Source of the DNA: Balanoglossus misakiensis
Taxonomy: Eukaryota; Animalia; Hemichordata
Length of the DNA stretch: 64,000 bases
NCBI GenBank assembly: GCA_040954595.2
Contig: CM082582.2
Span: 12,994,327-13,058,326 of the forward strand
Direction of reading: 5' to 3'
This document shows, in pieces, positions 15,071 to 27,366 of the stretch. The notes beneath the pieces are model-generated. The model was not told where the DNA came from, did not search any database, and worked only from the letters and a program-made list of their open reading frames with translations. Position numbers and translations under genes: made by a program. Within the stretch, counting starts at the first letter, position 1. Every line of letters begins with the position of its first letter.

Positions 15071-15463
15071 TTCTTCGTTTTTTGAAAAAAAAAACCCATG
15101 GGTTATAGCTCAGGAAAATCATCCAGAAATGACAATTTTTCGACTTTGCGAAATTTCAAAATTTCTTCATTTTTTTGAAAAAAACATGGGTTATAGCTCA
15201 TGAAAATCATCCGCAAATGACAATTTTTCGACTTTCCAAAATTTTGTGATTTTGACTTTAATGGACATTTTTCATGGGTTATAGCTCATGAATTTCGTCA
15301 AAAATGACAAATTCTCGACTTTCCGAAATGTTGTGATTTTGACGTTTTTGGACATTTTTCATGGCTTATTGCTCATGGCTTATTGCTCATGAAAATTGTC
15401 AAAAAACGACAATTTCCCGACTTCGCAAACTTTGGTGATTTTGTCATAGTTGGACTTTTTCAT
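15071..15463. repeat. Degenerate edge of the satellite (~4-5 diverged ~87-88 bp monomers)
   Basis: CATGGGTTATAGCTCA and TTTTCGACTTT cores still recognisable at ~88-bp spacing (15185, 15273, 15360) with rising divergence and a 14-bp duplication CATGGCTTATTGCT. Confidence 0.9.
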
Positions 15464-15615
15464 CCGAAACGAACACATTTATGTAAATACTAGAATGATG
15501 CACACATAAACTCGAAATGTTTAGTTGATTGAAAAGAAATTATTATTACATTAATAATGAAATCCAGTGACAAAAATTATTTTGAATCAAATACATATCG
15601 AAATAAATGTTTTCT

Positions 15616-15899
15616 TCATTGTGCTCTTTTGAAGAGATGCGAAAACTTCTTAAAAATTTTCCACAGTGTATTAAATCCCCCCGTGTCATCAGCATCTTCA
15701 TAAGGCTTACCGAAACCGTTATTACGTATTATTTGGCTATATGTTTCTGTTGAATATTTTCGTATTCTTTGTCGCTCAGGTTCATCGAAATCAGTGAAAA
15801 ACAGGCCAAATCGAAAGCGATACCCAGAATCCCATTCGAAGTCGTCCATTAATGACCACACTGTATATCCACGAACATCAACCTCGTCCAGTATGCAAG
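15616..15899 (-). CDS. Duplicated alternative terminal exon (isoform B) of the GH1 gene
   Basis: Own polypyrimidine tract and AG (TTTTCTTGTTTTCGTAG, AG at 15901-15900), same phase as exon A. Encodes ACILDEVDVRGYTVWSLMDDFEWDSGYRFRFGL...NNGF..., paralogous to exon A and intact to its stop. Confidence 0.8.
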
Positions 15900-15929
15900 C
15901 TACGAAAACAAGAAAATGCAAAAAAAAAA

Positions 15930-18911
15930 TTATAAGAAGCTGATTAAACTCTTTGATTCGGACTTCGGGAAGCCGTTGTTTTTGATCACTTTGCCATACA
16001 CTGTTGCAGACAACTTCGGCGTCCTGGGAAGGTTTGGGTCGTCGAAGTTCACGTAGTGAAGACCAAACCTGGTTTTGTAACCGTCTGCCCACTCGAAGTT
16101 ATCCATCAAAGACCAACATGTGTACCCTCGTACAGCGACACCGTCTAATTTCTGAGCTGTAACAAGAAACCAGAATAATAAGTTTTGGCCAACCGTGGGC
16201 AAACAAAGGCAATAAGTACATAACTGGTAATCTTACTCGACTTTTACTTCCATACCAACAAGTCAAAACGATCCACTATTGTTGATTAAATGTTACATTT
16301 AAGGTTAGGAGAAGGCTCAAGACTGAAACATTCATAAAAGAACGAATGAGTTTATGTGCGCACATTACAATATGGAGTATAGGCTGCTGGACGACCGTTC
16401 TGATCCAAGCAAATGACAAGATGGAGACGCATGTCTCAGAAAATACCAAATAATGATGAAAGTTACAGCGAACAAGTGGCTGGCGTTTTATTGGCCAAAA
16501 CTTATTATTCATGCAGCGTAATATTAAAAGAAATCATGATATTAGTGATGAAAGAAAGTGCAGCTTTACCAAATGACATCGCTTCAACGTTAAATGAGTG
16601 GCCTATGGTGAGAAAAATTAAAAGTATCGGCTGTGGTTAGTTCAAGCAAAATTAACATTAGCATTTTTGGTGTCATAGAAACAATCGCACTTAATCTGGA
16701 GTGAAAAGTATGATACTGATTACAGAGAAACACGACATCACGATGAACTTGTGTGAATGACTGACTTGTATAATACGTAGGAATATGTGTATTAATTGCT
16801 TAAGTGTGTGTTTTGAATTGAAATGTTGATAAGCCATTTTATAATGAAAATTCTCATCTGCTCACTCAGCATTGTCTCGTTACTATTAATTCACAAACGC
16901 ATCAGATTGCAATGCAAGGTAAACGCCAATCACCAATCACAGTGTTTTGATAAGATTCAAAATGGCGAATTTCGTGACGTCATCTGTGTCGTTTGGTGAT
17001 GGCACTAGTGCTACGAATATTTCTAACATAAGATTTCAATATACCTTTTAAAACTTCATTGATGTGCGCTGTTATGTATTTACTTCGGAAAGTATCTTCC
17101 AGAACCATCACCCCCTTGTCTTCTTCACCGATTCCATTCTCTGTTATGTAGATAGGAGGGTTACCATACTGCTCTTTCACCCAATTCAGCACTTTTCGGA
17201 GCCCCCACGGTACCGGTCGCAGCCAAGGAACATCACTTTTGGGCCAGTTGTCGTCGAAGGATGCTGTCATATCCTGGTCATTAAAGTATCCCACCTGGTC
17301 CAAGTTTGGTTCTGCGTTGGTCACGACTTGCGATGTATAATAATTGACGCCCAGAAAATCAGATGTGCCGCGAAGAAGGCGGATTTCTTCATCGTTGAAC
17401 GCTGGTAGACGAGATGAAGTTAATCCCTGTTGTCGACTTTTCTGCAACACATGTTGTTTCATGACCTCGGGATAATCACCGACAAATATTGGATGAGCGA
17501 ACCAGCCCGCATGAAACTGCATGTATCTGTCTGCGGCAGCAATATCTTCGTCGCTTTCTGTTGCTGGCACGCCCCAGAAAATGACCAAAGTTATTCCGAT
17601 TTGACCTTTCTGGGATGTACGATATTTGTCGTTGTATGTGTGCCAAGCCATGGCGTGTGCTTTCAGCATGTTGTGTGCGTCTCGGTAGATCGTGGTGCCG
17701 TGATGCTTGAAGCCTGGCGCGTGTATCCCCTCTTCTGTGCCCATCAAGGTGGCGATGTACGGTTCGTTCAGAGTGATCCACAGTTTGACTCGGTCTCCGA
17801 ACAGCTTGAAGCAGAGGTCGGCATAATTGTTGAAGTACACGGCGATGATGTCGTTGCTCCAGCCGCCAATGTCTTGCAGAGCTTGCGGCAAGTCCCAGTG
17901 ATACAGCGTTACCATTGGTTGAATGTTTGCTTCAACCAGTGCGTTGATGAGGCGTTGATAGTACTCCACACCTGCTTTGTTGATTTTACCCACAGTTCCA
18001 TCGGGTAGGATTCTCGACCAAGAAAGTGAAAATCGGTAGTGATTGACACTGAGATTCTTCAACATGGCCACGTCTTCGTCGATTTTGTGATAACTATCAC
18101 AGGCCCTATCGCCATTATGATCTTTGTATATTCGTCCCGGTTGGTGACTGAAGGTATCCCAGATGCTTGAACCTCGTCCATCCTCGTTCCAGCCACCTTC
18201 GATTTGGTAAGATGACGTTGCAATGCCCCACGAGAAATTTGCGGGGAATTCGTCGTACATGATTCTGTCTCTAGTGGGCGCTTCGAACTCTTGATAGACA
18301 AATCCGCCATAAGCTTCAGGTGCCGCCATCACGAAAGTGGGTTTGAAAAGCAGAGCGATTGTCGTCAACACTGAAGAGGTCACTATAAGTCGCGATACCA
18401 GAACTACAGTTGTCAACCTAATGAAGAAGCATAAACATCATTAAGTTAATAAAAGGGAGACTTTTACCTCAAATCACAGCATTCATTAAATAATGGAAAG
18501 CTTTCAGCTTCCGCCGTTGGATGTGCTATGCTACGAGAAAGATTAGCCCAACGGCGGAATTGGGGTAGGGGACCAGACTAAAATTTTACTTAGGGTGCAG
18601 TGTCCTGTAGTTTTACATAGTGAAATCAATGCTACATGCTTACATACTACAATGCTGCAGTTGTTCGCCGTGTGTATTACCCTCAATCGTTCTAGTATTG
18701 TTTACTGAAGCCTACATAATATGTCTGTAACCTATGCCCTACTTTGACTTGAATGAGATTTTGGTCCTGGTGACCAACATATTTAAAACTCTGAACTCTG
18801 ACCACTTGGGTAGCAGATTGCGATCTTCAGATATTGGTTCAAGCAAAAATGTCCACCATACACCAACAACGGGAAATCATGAAATTCTTACCCCGCTACC
18901 GTCGCCATCAT
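15930..18911 (-). CDS. Glycoside hydrolase family 1 beta-glucosidase (lactase-phlorizin/LCTL-like, single domain, signal peptide), isoform A; exons 18911-18892, 18417-17045, 16156-15930
   Basis: GH1 motifs [40 protein letters not shown], catalytic TLNEP and ITENG, and [13 protein letters not shown] junctions keep the frame (MMATVAG|LTT...; EVLK|AQKLDG). Hydrophobic N-terminus. Confidence 0.92.
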
Positions 18912-19482
18912 TATTAGTTTCGCGCTCGTGGCCTTCGAGAAAAGTATTAACAACCAATGATTTTGAGTCCGTGTACACCCATGTTATGTCTGCGCACAAT
19001 AATGTTAATACACAACTATGAAGGTACCAAAGCTCAACGCCCCTTGCGTTCTAACAAGCTCGGACCAAGGTCTCTGATTTCTGTTGCAACGTCAACATCG
19101 CTATAATGCGGACGTGGTTTCACAAAATACAACGAGAACACAGATTATACAACTGTAAATCTACTTACGCTGGCCACAGCAGTTAAAAGCGTGCACCATT
19201 TAACTTCACGCCAGCTGCTGCCAGGGTTTCAGGTTGGAATGAAATGTGCGCACGCGTAGTAACACAATGAAGACACTCAGTGGTCCGAGAACAAACGTAA
19301 TGGAGGGTACAGTTACAGGATTTCAGCAGACGAACCCCAAATTCACCAACATTTCCGATAATGCGTACATTTTTTTGCAGTTATGGTTATGGTTCAAATT
19401 CTCCGACAAATCTTTGTAGGCTATCGCAAAAGTTTACTTAGAGCACATGTGCTTCATTTGGAATTGGAATCTGATATACCGT

Positions 19483-19497
19483 CCGCTAGAGGGCGCC
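19483..19497 (+). promoter_or_regulatory. CTCF-like motif
   Basis: CCGCTAGAGGGCGCC closely matches the CTCF core consensus. Confidence 0.5.
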
Positions 19498-19692
19498 AGA
19501 ACTATTCCTGGACAAAGTCACAATCCGGCTGTGGAAATGACAGTACAAACGCTAAGCTTGATTCACACGTATTAATGTCATTATATTCTACAAGGACAAG
19601 GCCATGAACAGAAATTAACATGGTGTTTTTCTGTTTTTCTCGACTTGCCGTAAGCTCAAAGTCAAGGATGTTAAACATACATATCTTTCGAA

Positions 19693-19695
<3 letters not shown>

Positions 19696-19777
<82 letters not shown>

Positions 19778-19791
19778 CAGAGAGAGAGAGA
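19696..19791. repeat. (GA)n microsatellite
   Basis: Run of GA dinucleotides ~95 bp with few interruptions. Confidence 0.97.
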
Positions 19792-21327
19792 TGGATTCTA
19801 GAAATATAGCAATATCATTTTATATATATTTACTTACTATTAGTAATATTAAATAAAACAAAAACAATACGCAATATAACTGAATAGAAAACAACATTAT
19901 TTAGTGTGGCGGTGTTACACCGTGAAATACCATGGAACTGACGCGATGAATCGTTTGAACGAATTAACATAATCCATCCTCTTCATATCTTCATATTTCT
20001 TTCTAATCACTTCAAATGATGATATGCCAGATAAGTAGCCCAAAAGGCTAAAGCGGGAAATTACCACCCTGACGTTTTGGTCGGCATTCATCATCAAGAC
20101 TGACCTGAGCTGTCACCTCAAATCTTTTGAATTCCATCACCATTACGCGCCATGGCAAATACGAATGCACCATTCTGGGTGACTGTTGCAGTAGACATGT
20201 TTTTTACGCTTCGTTTAATGTACAGATGACATTACATATACGATATGTTATCACAAGATATCACTTTGTTGAATTGTTTTTGATAACAATACACCGATCT
20301 GCATTTGGAGTCATATCTTTCTGCAACCAGACTCTCACAGCCAATCAACGATCAAGTCTTAATAGTCTCACGTCCTTACATACATTAACCTCAATAGATG
20401 ATTTTCTCATATAGGACGATGGCCGGCCGAATAACCCACAACGTGATCTTCATCATGATGATGTAAAGTTTTTTTCCGATTAATGCGATAGATTTCAATA
20501 TAGGACACCGCAACCATTTGGCAGAATATTTCTACCAGAGAAATGTCGACGTACAGTGATATATCTGAATATACAACATAAATAATTTCCTGTGATTAAA
20601 ACGTCGGAAATGTTCTTTGAAAACTAATATCCGTAATGTGCCACATGAAATGAGCAGTCACAAGCTTGACTGAATAATATGTTGACAAAGCAGACCAATG
20701 ACATAATTTCAGTTAATATTGACCCACATTACCTTATATGTGAGAGTATCAATTTTAATTTTCAATATGTATGGATTGATCGTTCAAGAAGACTGTCTAT
20801 GATAGCCTATATATACACAATGCTGGGAGTCTTGGGACGAGTGCAGAGGATATTGTAATTTATCGGGCTGTTGTCATAGTTACCATTTTATGAATAATCT
20901 CCAGCGATAGAATAAATATTTTCTGTCTGGGACGAATTCTCGATTACTTGAACGTGACTAAATAGCGCCAACCCCTGGTTTTCATTCCATTAGCATTTGA
21001 AATACATTAGCTTGATTGTGTGTGGTGGATGCTTTCGTCTGATCACTCTCTCAATGCATGACATGAGGATCTGACCTTCTAGTGAACCCCGCTTACCTCG
21101 ATATATTATGTGTGCCTTTTTATCATAGGCCTTACTGCTAGGTTTGCCATAGCATCGCGCAAACAGCTGATCGCGGCTGTAACTGTATCGACGCGAATGG
21201 GGAAGGCTGAATGGACGATCTTAGATGTCGTGCTGCTTGCAGCGACTATTAAACGTGTTCGACATCGGAGCCTGTGAGTGACAAACGGTTTGTGATTCAA
21301 ACACCGTGTAGCCGACTGTATTGGAAG

Positions 21328-22086
21328 ATGGATTGCACGGCGTTCGGCTGCCTCAAAACGGTAGTGGGGGCATTCACTAACCAGTGGAGTTCCAATCACC
21401 ACACGTCGACGTTGAGGCCACAAATCAAGTACTCACCGCTGACAAGAACCTGCGCTGTCCGTGCCAAGGGGAATTTCAAACCTATCCTCGGCCAGCCGCG
21501 TAACAGTCATCCAATCAACATCAGGCAACTCGTCGAAGTAGCGCTTCCCAATAACCTAAGTCCAAGAGCATACAGAAAACCAGCACTTGCTCGACGAAAA
21601 TCACCACGTCAAAAACATTTAAAGGTACATTTCGCAGAGCAGGCTCCCGAACAGAAGTACATAGTCGCCTGCTTTCCACAGCCCGTTCTCAATGTGGAAT
21701 ACTTGCAAAATGTCCAGAACCAAAAGCTGTGCTTGGAAAAAGTTGCGGTTTCAGATCTGACGATTTTGGGCACTATCCGCGTGGCAAATCTCGCCTTCCA
21801 GAAAACAGTGAAAGTGCGCTTCACTGCCAATCAGTGGAAGAACTATTACAACATAAGTGCTTGTTACGTTCAGGGGTCGTGTGATGGTCCCACTGACAGA
21901 TTCGCCTTTGGCATCACTCCTCCTAGATTCTTTACCGTGGGAGACAAAATCGAACTCGCTGTCTATTATGAGGTCAATGGAGACATCTACTGGGACAACA
22001 ACAACGGTGATAACTACGTTTTTGAATGCATAACCAAGACAAACTGCCCCACAAAAAGTGATACGCTATGGACACACTTTATGTAG
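21328..22086 (+). CDS. Protein phosphatase 1 glycogen-targeting subunit (PPP1R3 family, CBM21), paralog 1
   Basis: RVxF-like KVHF, CBM21 motifs GTIRVANLAFQKTVKVRF and YWDNNNGDNY, C-terminal WTHFM. First ATG at 21328 (the ORF track start is a GTG). Confidence 0.9.
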   Translation: MDCTAFGCLKTVVGAFTNQWSSNHHTSTLRPQIKYSPLTRTCAVRAKGNFKPILGQPRNSHPINIRQLVEVALPNNLSPRAYRKPALARRKSPRQKHLKVHFAEQAPEQKYIVACFPQPVLNVEYLQNVQNQKLCLEKVAVSDLTILGTIRVANLAFQKTVKVRFTANQWKNYYNISACYVQGSCDGPTDRFAFGITPPRFFTVGDKIELAVYYEVNGDIYWDNNNGDNYVFECITKTNCPTKSDTLWTHFM

Positions 22087-24066
22087 AATGGAGTTCAACT
22101 CACCCGAAGAAAGTAAGGTATGTCTTCAAAAAATGATGTATTCATAGATATATTCATTATTATAGTAGGGAATGGATACTTCAAACTATGTCGAAGTAGT
22201 GAGACGATAATTTAAAACATTTTAGATATAAGGGATCTGAATAGATACTCGATACCTGGTACAATGTTTGGCGTTTCTTTCCTACACGCAATGGCTTCGA
22301 CCTTTGACCCGAATCGTCATGTTTAAACATTTCCTTTCTTCGGTTCGCCGTGACGTCACACAGTTCACGTTGTAAACACGCACTCGGCTGAGGTCAAGCC
22401 GTTGTTATTTTTTAACTCACGAACCTTGTCTATCACGTTGTTGACGTCTAGTTCTACTTTTGGCAATAAACATAGACATGGCAAGTGATTTTTACCGATA
22501 AAAATCTATTTATAGATGAACTATGGCACATAAACCCCAAAACCCACAACAGACGCGTGGTGTTCCTGAATGACCGAATTAATTTCTATCGGATTTCAGA
22601 CGACCATATCTTGTAAAAACATGAAAAAGTAACATACATACTTTACCCTTCATCACACGTCTGTCGGCAAATTCTTCGCCTTTTTCACATAATGTACAAC
22701 ACATATATTATAAATAAATTACAGTTGGCCATGATCATCTATACTCCTCAAACGCGTCAATTTTATAAGCGTACGTGACCACGCCGCGTCCACTATCAAA
22801 ATTACTCTTCGCAACTTAATTCCATGTCATCCACATACAGTTGTTGAAGCATTGTCCGATTCACAATTCCTTCAAGAGATACTACGATGTTGTGACGGTA
22901 ACGAAAAAGAGGCGAAAGCCTCAGAAGACGGAAAGTCAACCCCCAAGTTCAGACAAAGATAACCGGCACGCGTCATCATCATATGCTTTGATGACGTCAC
23001 AAAACTGCTCAGAGCCGGACCCAGTTCTGACGCGTGACGGCGCGCAACGTGAGCTAGTGCACGTACGTTCGTACGCTGTACTGTAGGAAAATTAGGTTTT
23101 TGGGTCAAGTTTTTATACCACCACCATCTTCGTGGTATCAGTGTTACATGTGTGTCCACCTTCGCCTGCCAAGGAGACTGTGGTCGAGCCAACGACCAGT
23201 GTGAGCGGACGATTGTGCACCGTGTCTCGATCTCCGCTATAGCGAGCGGTCAAGTCACGTCACTTGCCATGTGTTTGAGTGTAGGTCCAGGACTTCTGAA
23301 ACTTGACCTCTGCTTAATATTGATCTAGATCTGTTGAAGTACATGTTTTCAAAGCATAACGATGAAATAAAGGAGTCATAGCACATAATATTAATTTTTG
23401 TGTGGAACGTAGTCTACAACGATCTAATAGACAAAATTGAATGTTCAATGCCTTTTCATGTAAAATCGGTATGATTATGGTGAGATCCTGTTTTATGACA
23501 GATCTACGTAGATTCTAGAATATTCGCCCTAAAAAATCGGGCGAATTTGGGACACATTACCATGAACGGGGTCAGACAATAAATGGGCCATCAACCCCGA
23601 GACCTTGGGAATAGCCCTATTCTGACGTCACTGACCCCATTACAGCCGGCGATAGCATGCGCACCCGAAACTATGAATGAAATGTTCGTGGTTTTTTTTT
23701 GTTAATGCAGACGTTAAATATTCCATCATTGCTGTTTTCTCTTTTTCTGGATCTGTCAATGGCTCCGTTTCATAATATTTACCGCTGAAAAGAATTAGGA
23801 CATTATCATCGACGCCCGGCATCGACGCAAATATCCGTATTTACGTTTCTCATGCGAGTCACATGACTACCGCGCGCTGTTTACATTCATGAATGAAACT
23901 GGGTGATTGTGTTTACGCGCGTAATAGTAATATAGTAGGCGTCCCGGCGTAGACTGGTTTATTTACGTATATCGTGCAGTAACCTATAGTTTGTAGTTGG
24001 GAGCGAGCAAGACAACATTTCGGTCATTTCACACTGCCGACATAGTCCTTATCCGTGCCACAGAAG

Positions 24067-24843
24067 ATGGCCAAGCGAAATCACCGCCCGCCGACGCTCT
24101 ATCCCGATTGGCAGGTGTTGGCGTACGACGACGACGATGCCGATGAAGGAAATAACGCGTCCGCTGCGGGAAATAGTCTATCTACCCACGAAAGTGAACG
24201 GCGACCGTCTGGAGGATGCTTGAGGAGTCCCGGCCGATCGCCACCGAGATCACCATCTGAGAAAAAAGTGCGTTTCGCCGATACTTTGGGCTATGATCTT
24301 GTACAAGTGGTACATTTGGTTTTGAAATCAGATTCTGAAATACATGAACCAACGGTTCTGCTACAGTCGGAGGGAATTATCCCGAAACATTTGGATAATG
24401 AATATCGTTACTTAGCTGCAACTTTTCCTCATCCGGGAATTGCAGAGGACTTTTTATTAAGAGTGAAGGAGCAGAAAGTTTGTCTAGAAGAAGCACTGGT
24501 CCCCGATATGACTATACTCGGCACAGTTCGAGTAGCAAACATAGGTTATGAAAAATCCGTGAAAGTGCGCTTTTCCGTTGATAAATGGAAGCGTTTCTAC
24601 GATATCCCAGCAAGTTATGTACACAATTCTTGTGACGGTGAAACGGATCGTTTTTCATTCGGATTATCCCTGCCACAAAACATTACCGTCGGTAGTAGAG
24701 TGGAATTTGCAATTTTCTACCAAGTAAACGGAGGCGAATATTGGGACAACAACCGGGGTGAAAACTATATACTAGCCTGCTATCCTAGAACAAGCAATAC
24801 AAGTGACAGTAACGGCGAGAGATGGTGGCACCATTTTGTGTAA
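24067..24843 (+). CDS. PPP1R3-family glycogen-targeting subunit (CBM21), paralog 2
   Basis: KKVRFADTLGYDL PP1-binding motif, GTVRVANIGYEKSVKVRF, YWDNNRGENY, C-terminal WWHHFV. ATG in AAGATGG context. Confidence 0.93.
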   Translation: MAKRNHRPPTLYPDWQVLAYDDDDADEGNNASAAGNSLSTHESERRPSGGCLRSPGRSPPRSPSEKKVRFADTLGYDLVQVVHLVLKSDSEIHEPTVLLQSEGIIPKHLDNEYRYLAATFPHPGIAEDFLLRVKEQKVCLEEALVPDMTILGTVRVANIGYEKSVKVRFSVDKWKRFYDIPASYVHNSCDGETDRFSFGLSLPQNITVGSRVEFAIFYQVNGGEYWDNNRGENYILACYPRTSNTSDSNGERWWHHFV

Positions 24844-27366
24844 ATTTGACCTCGGATCGGGATTTTTTAACGGTAAGTACACCGCCTGCATTCAGCCACT
24901 TATATGGCTAGCACGTGGTTGAGATAACTCCCAGGCTTTCCGTTACTGTGGCCGGTTTTTAAATTTGACCTGACCTCGGTTTGATCCGGGGTCATGCTCA
25001 AAGCACCACTATTAATTTTTTTCACACGATTTGAATTTGTAAAACATTTGAAATCTATTCATATTTAGCAGCAATTTGCTCAATACTGTAATTTCTATAA
25101 TCACAAAACCGGTGAGAAAATGCTTACATAACTTGCTGGCTTTTGTCCTTTCTTTTCATAGACTTGTCGGCAGTGTGCTACTGATGGTCTCCTTGGACTT
25201 GGAGTTCAATATCTATGACAAAGTTATGGAGAAAACGTTCTGAGATTAGAAGCAGCACCCAATGATCATCAGACGACCCTACCCGTACCCTGTTAACACT
25301 ATATGGATTAATCTTCACATATTTCAATCAGTGTTACATTGTCCTACTTCGTGTATTACCAGTAGAAGCTAATTCAATCAGTAGCTGTCTGTCAGTGTCT
25401 ATATACCTGTTTGTGGGTGTGTGTGTGATATCGCTAAAGGAAGTTGTAAACGCACTGAAAATGGTCAAAAATAGAAGTATTTGTGACCTATTGTTTCAGA
25501 AGGTATCCCTTTAAATAAACAGGGACTTGCTCCACGCAAAGTCCCCGGCATTGGTTGAGAAACACAGCTTTCGAAATACCATGAACGGTATACTTGTTTG
25601 AGCTTTGACAGGTATGTTAATCTGTAATATTCTTACTGTATTTAGTTAATACTTTAATACATTAATATATATTGTATCAATATTTAAATCCGGGCAATGA
25701 ATGTCTCGCCTTACTTTGAGTTTTAAATTGATCGTTTCACCAAGTGAACGTTATTTTTATAAACATTACAGATAGCTTACAGAATGTTTGAAAATCTTAG
25801 ATTTGTTTATAGTTATAACGAAGAGATGCATTAACATAAACCATTTACACAGTGTTTTGTATTTTAAATATTTTTTTGAAATTACATAAATTTTGTAGCG
25901 CACAAATTTCAAGAGTTTTGTATTTTGTTTTGTAGAGTAATTAATTTACAAATACATGTATTAGTGCGACCGCGTGATTCGTGTGTATCACGAAAGCGCC
26001 ACCGACGGTCGAACTAACACAAACATGCTTGACGTCACAACGTTTTTAGAGCCAACTGAACGTTTGCTGGCAACGCGGCTGCAGTTTGGAGTCGAGTCGA
26101 AATTTCAATTAAGGTGTCACTATCCGTGGAATGGCTTCTTTTGATAGCAGAGTTGGATGATTTTTGATAATCGATATCATGTGAACGATTGAACCCAGGG
26201 ATTGTCGAAGAACTCCTTCTGGAAGGAGAGTTTTATCTCGAAAAAATTAGGCAAGCCATATCCACTTGAAAATTTCAAAACACCGTTCCGGACACAGAAT
26301 CGATATCTGCACCTTCGATCACAGCTCAAGGTGGGAGCTCATATCACTCGTGCGTACCCCCATCACGAATTTATTGACGACCGAAACGCGCTCGTAAACA
26401 CAAATACGCTAACATTCAATTGCAAAACACACACCGGCTTATCTGTATCATGACCCCATGACCTCTCCAGGTACGAGCATGCAAATAATGTTGTGGAGGT
26501 TCCCTATTCTGACGTTTCTCTGCATTCAGTGAAATTGAATTCACAATTTGTATCTGAATGTTAATTATGTCGGTTGAATCAAACCGGCCTTAATTGAGGT
26601 ATTTATACCAAGCATACGGCTGAACCTAAAATGCCCTGCATGACGATGCCGACGGCAAGAAATGCGACTTACATATATTAGTTGAAAAGGGGAGTGTTCG
26701 CTTCATTAAACAGCAGTGATGTCAATTGACGTCACAGCGTAATGCAGAAGCGGTTGTCTACGGCGATAGGGTTTTAACTATGACTCGGGATCACTATGTT
26801 AACATGACGGTCTAGAGCAATTAAATCTTTCTCTTTAAATGGAAATTGAAATGGCCTTAAGGAAAAAAGAAACATGAACATGTAAACTGGGTTTGTAAGG
26901 CAATCTTCACATCAGAAAGCGAAAGTTATTAATGTTTAATGCCGTCAAAATTTGTCAGTAGGCATGCATGAATTTCCCCTATTGCCCTTGTAACCTAGAT
27001 ATAGGCGTGACTTTGATTCGCAACAGCCAATCCATGGAAAGCTATTCCGCACGTAGACTCATCTGTAATGCACCATGTATTTCTCCCCGACACACGGTAC
27101 ACATGACTATTCCATAGCTCCGGTACTTTAAACCAGACGAACGGGACTTCGCTGCGTTTGGCCTCAGTGCTGACTGTGTGCCGGCGTGTTCCGGTGAGGT
27201 CAATATTTCATTTTTGGAGGGAAATATGTCTGTAATGTCGGTGTTAAAACTGTGGCAAGTGTAGGTGGACTGTACAAGGAGAGAGCGATCGTACTGGAGA
27301 ATCGGAAATGGTGAGTTGAATTGTCGTCTGCGAGTATGTTCGTAGAGGAATGTCTAAGCGATCACC

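Noticed and set aside
21-15203. Giant repetitive ORFs (up to 2553 aa) on the plus strand
   Set aside because: The monomer length (87) is a multiple of 3 and two frames lack stops by chance. Single-base indels switch frames freely and there is no synonymous-site variation, so this is satellite, not a repeat protein.
17064-18310. ORFs antisense to or overlapping the GH1 exon
   Set aside because: Shadow frames of a real coding exon with no recognisable motifs.
15616-18416. Multi-domain lactase-phlorizin hydrolase or a frameshifted pseudogene
   Set aside because: Only one GH1 domain is present. The apparent frame breaks are explained by canonical introns and a duplicated last exon.
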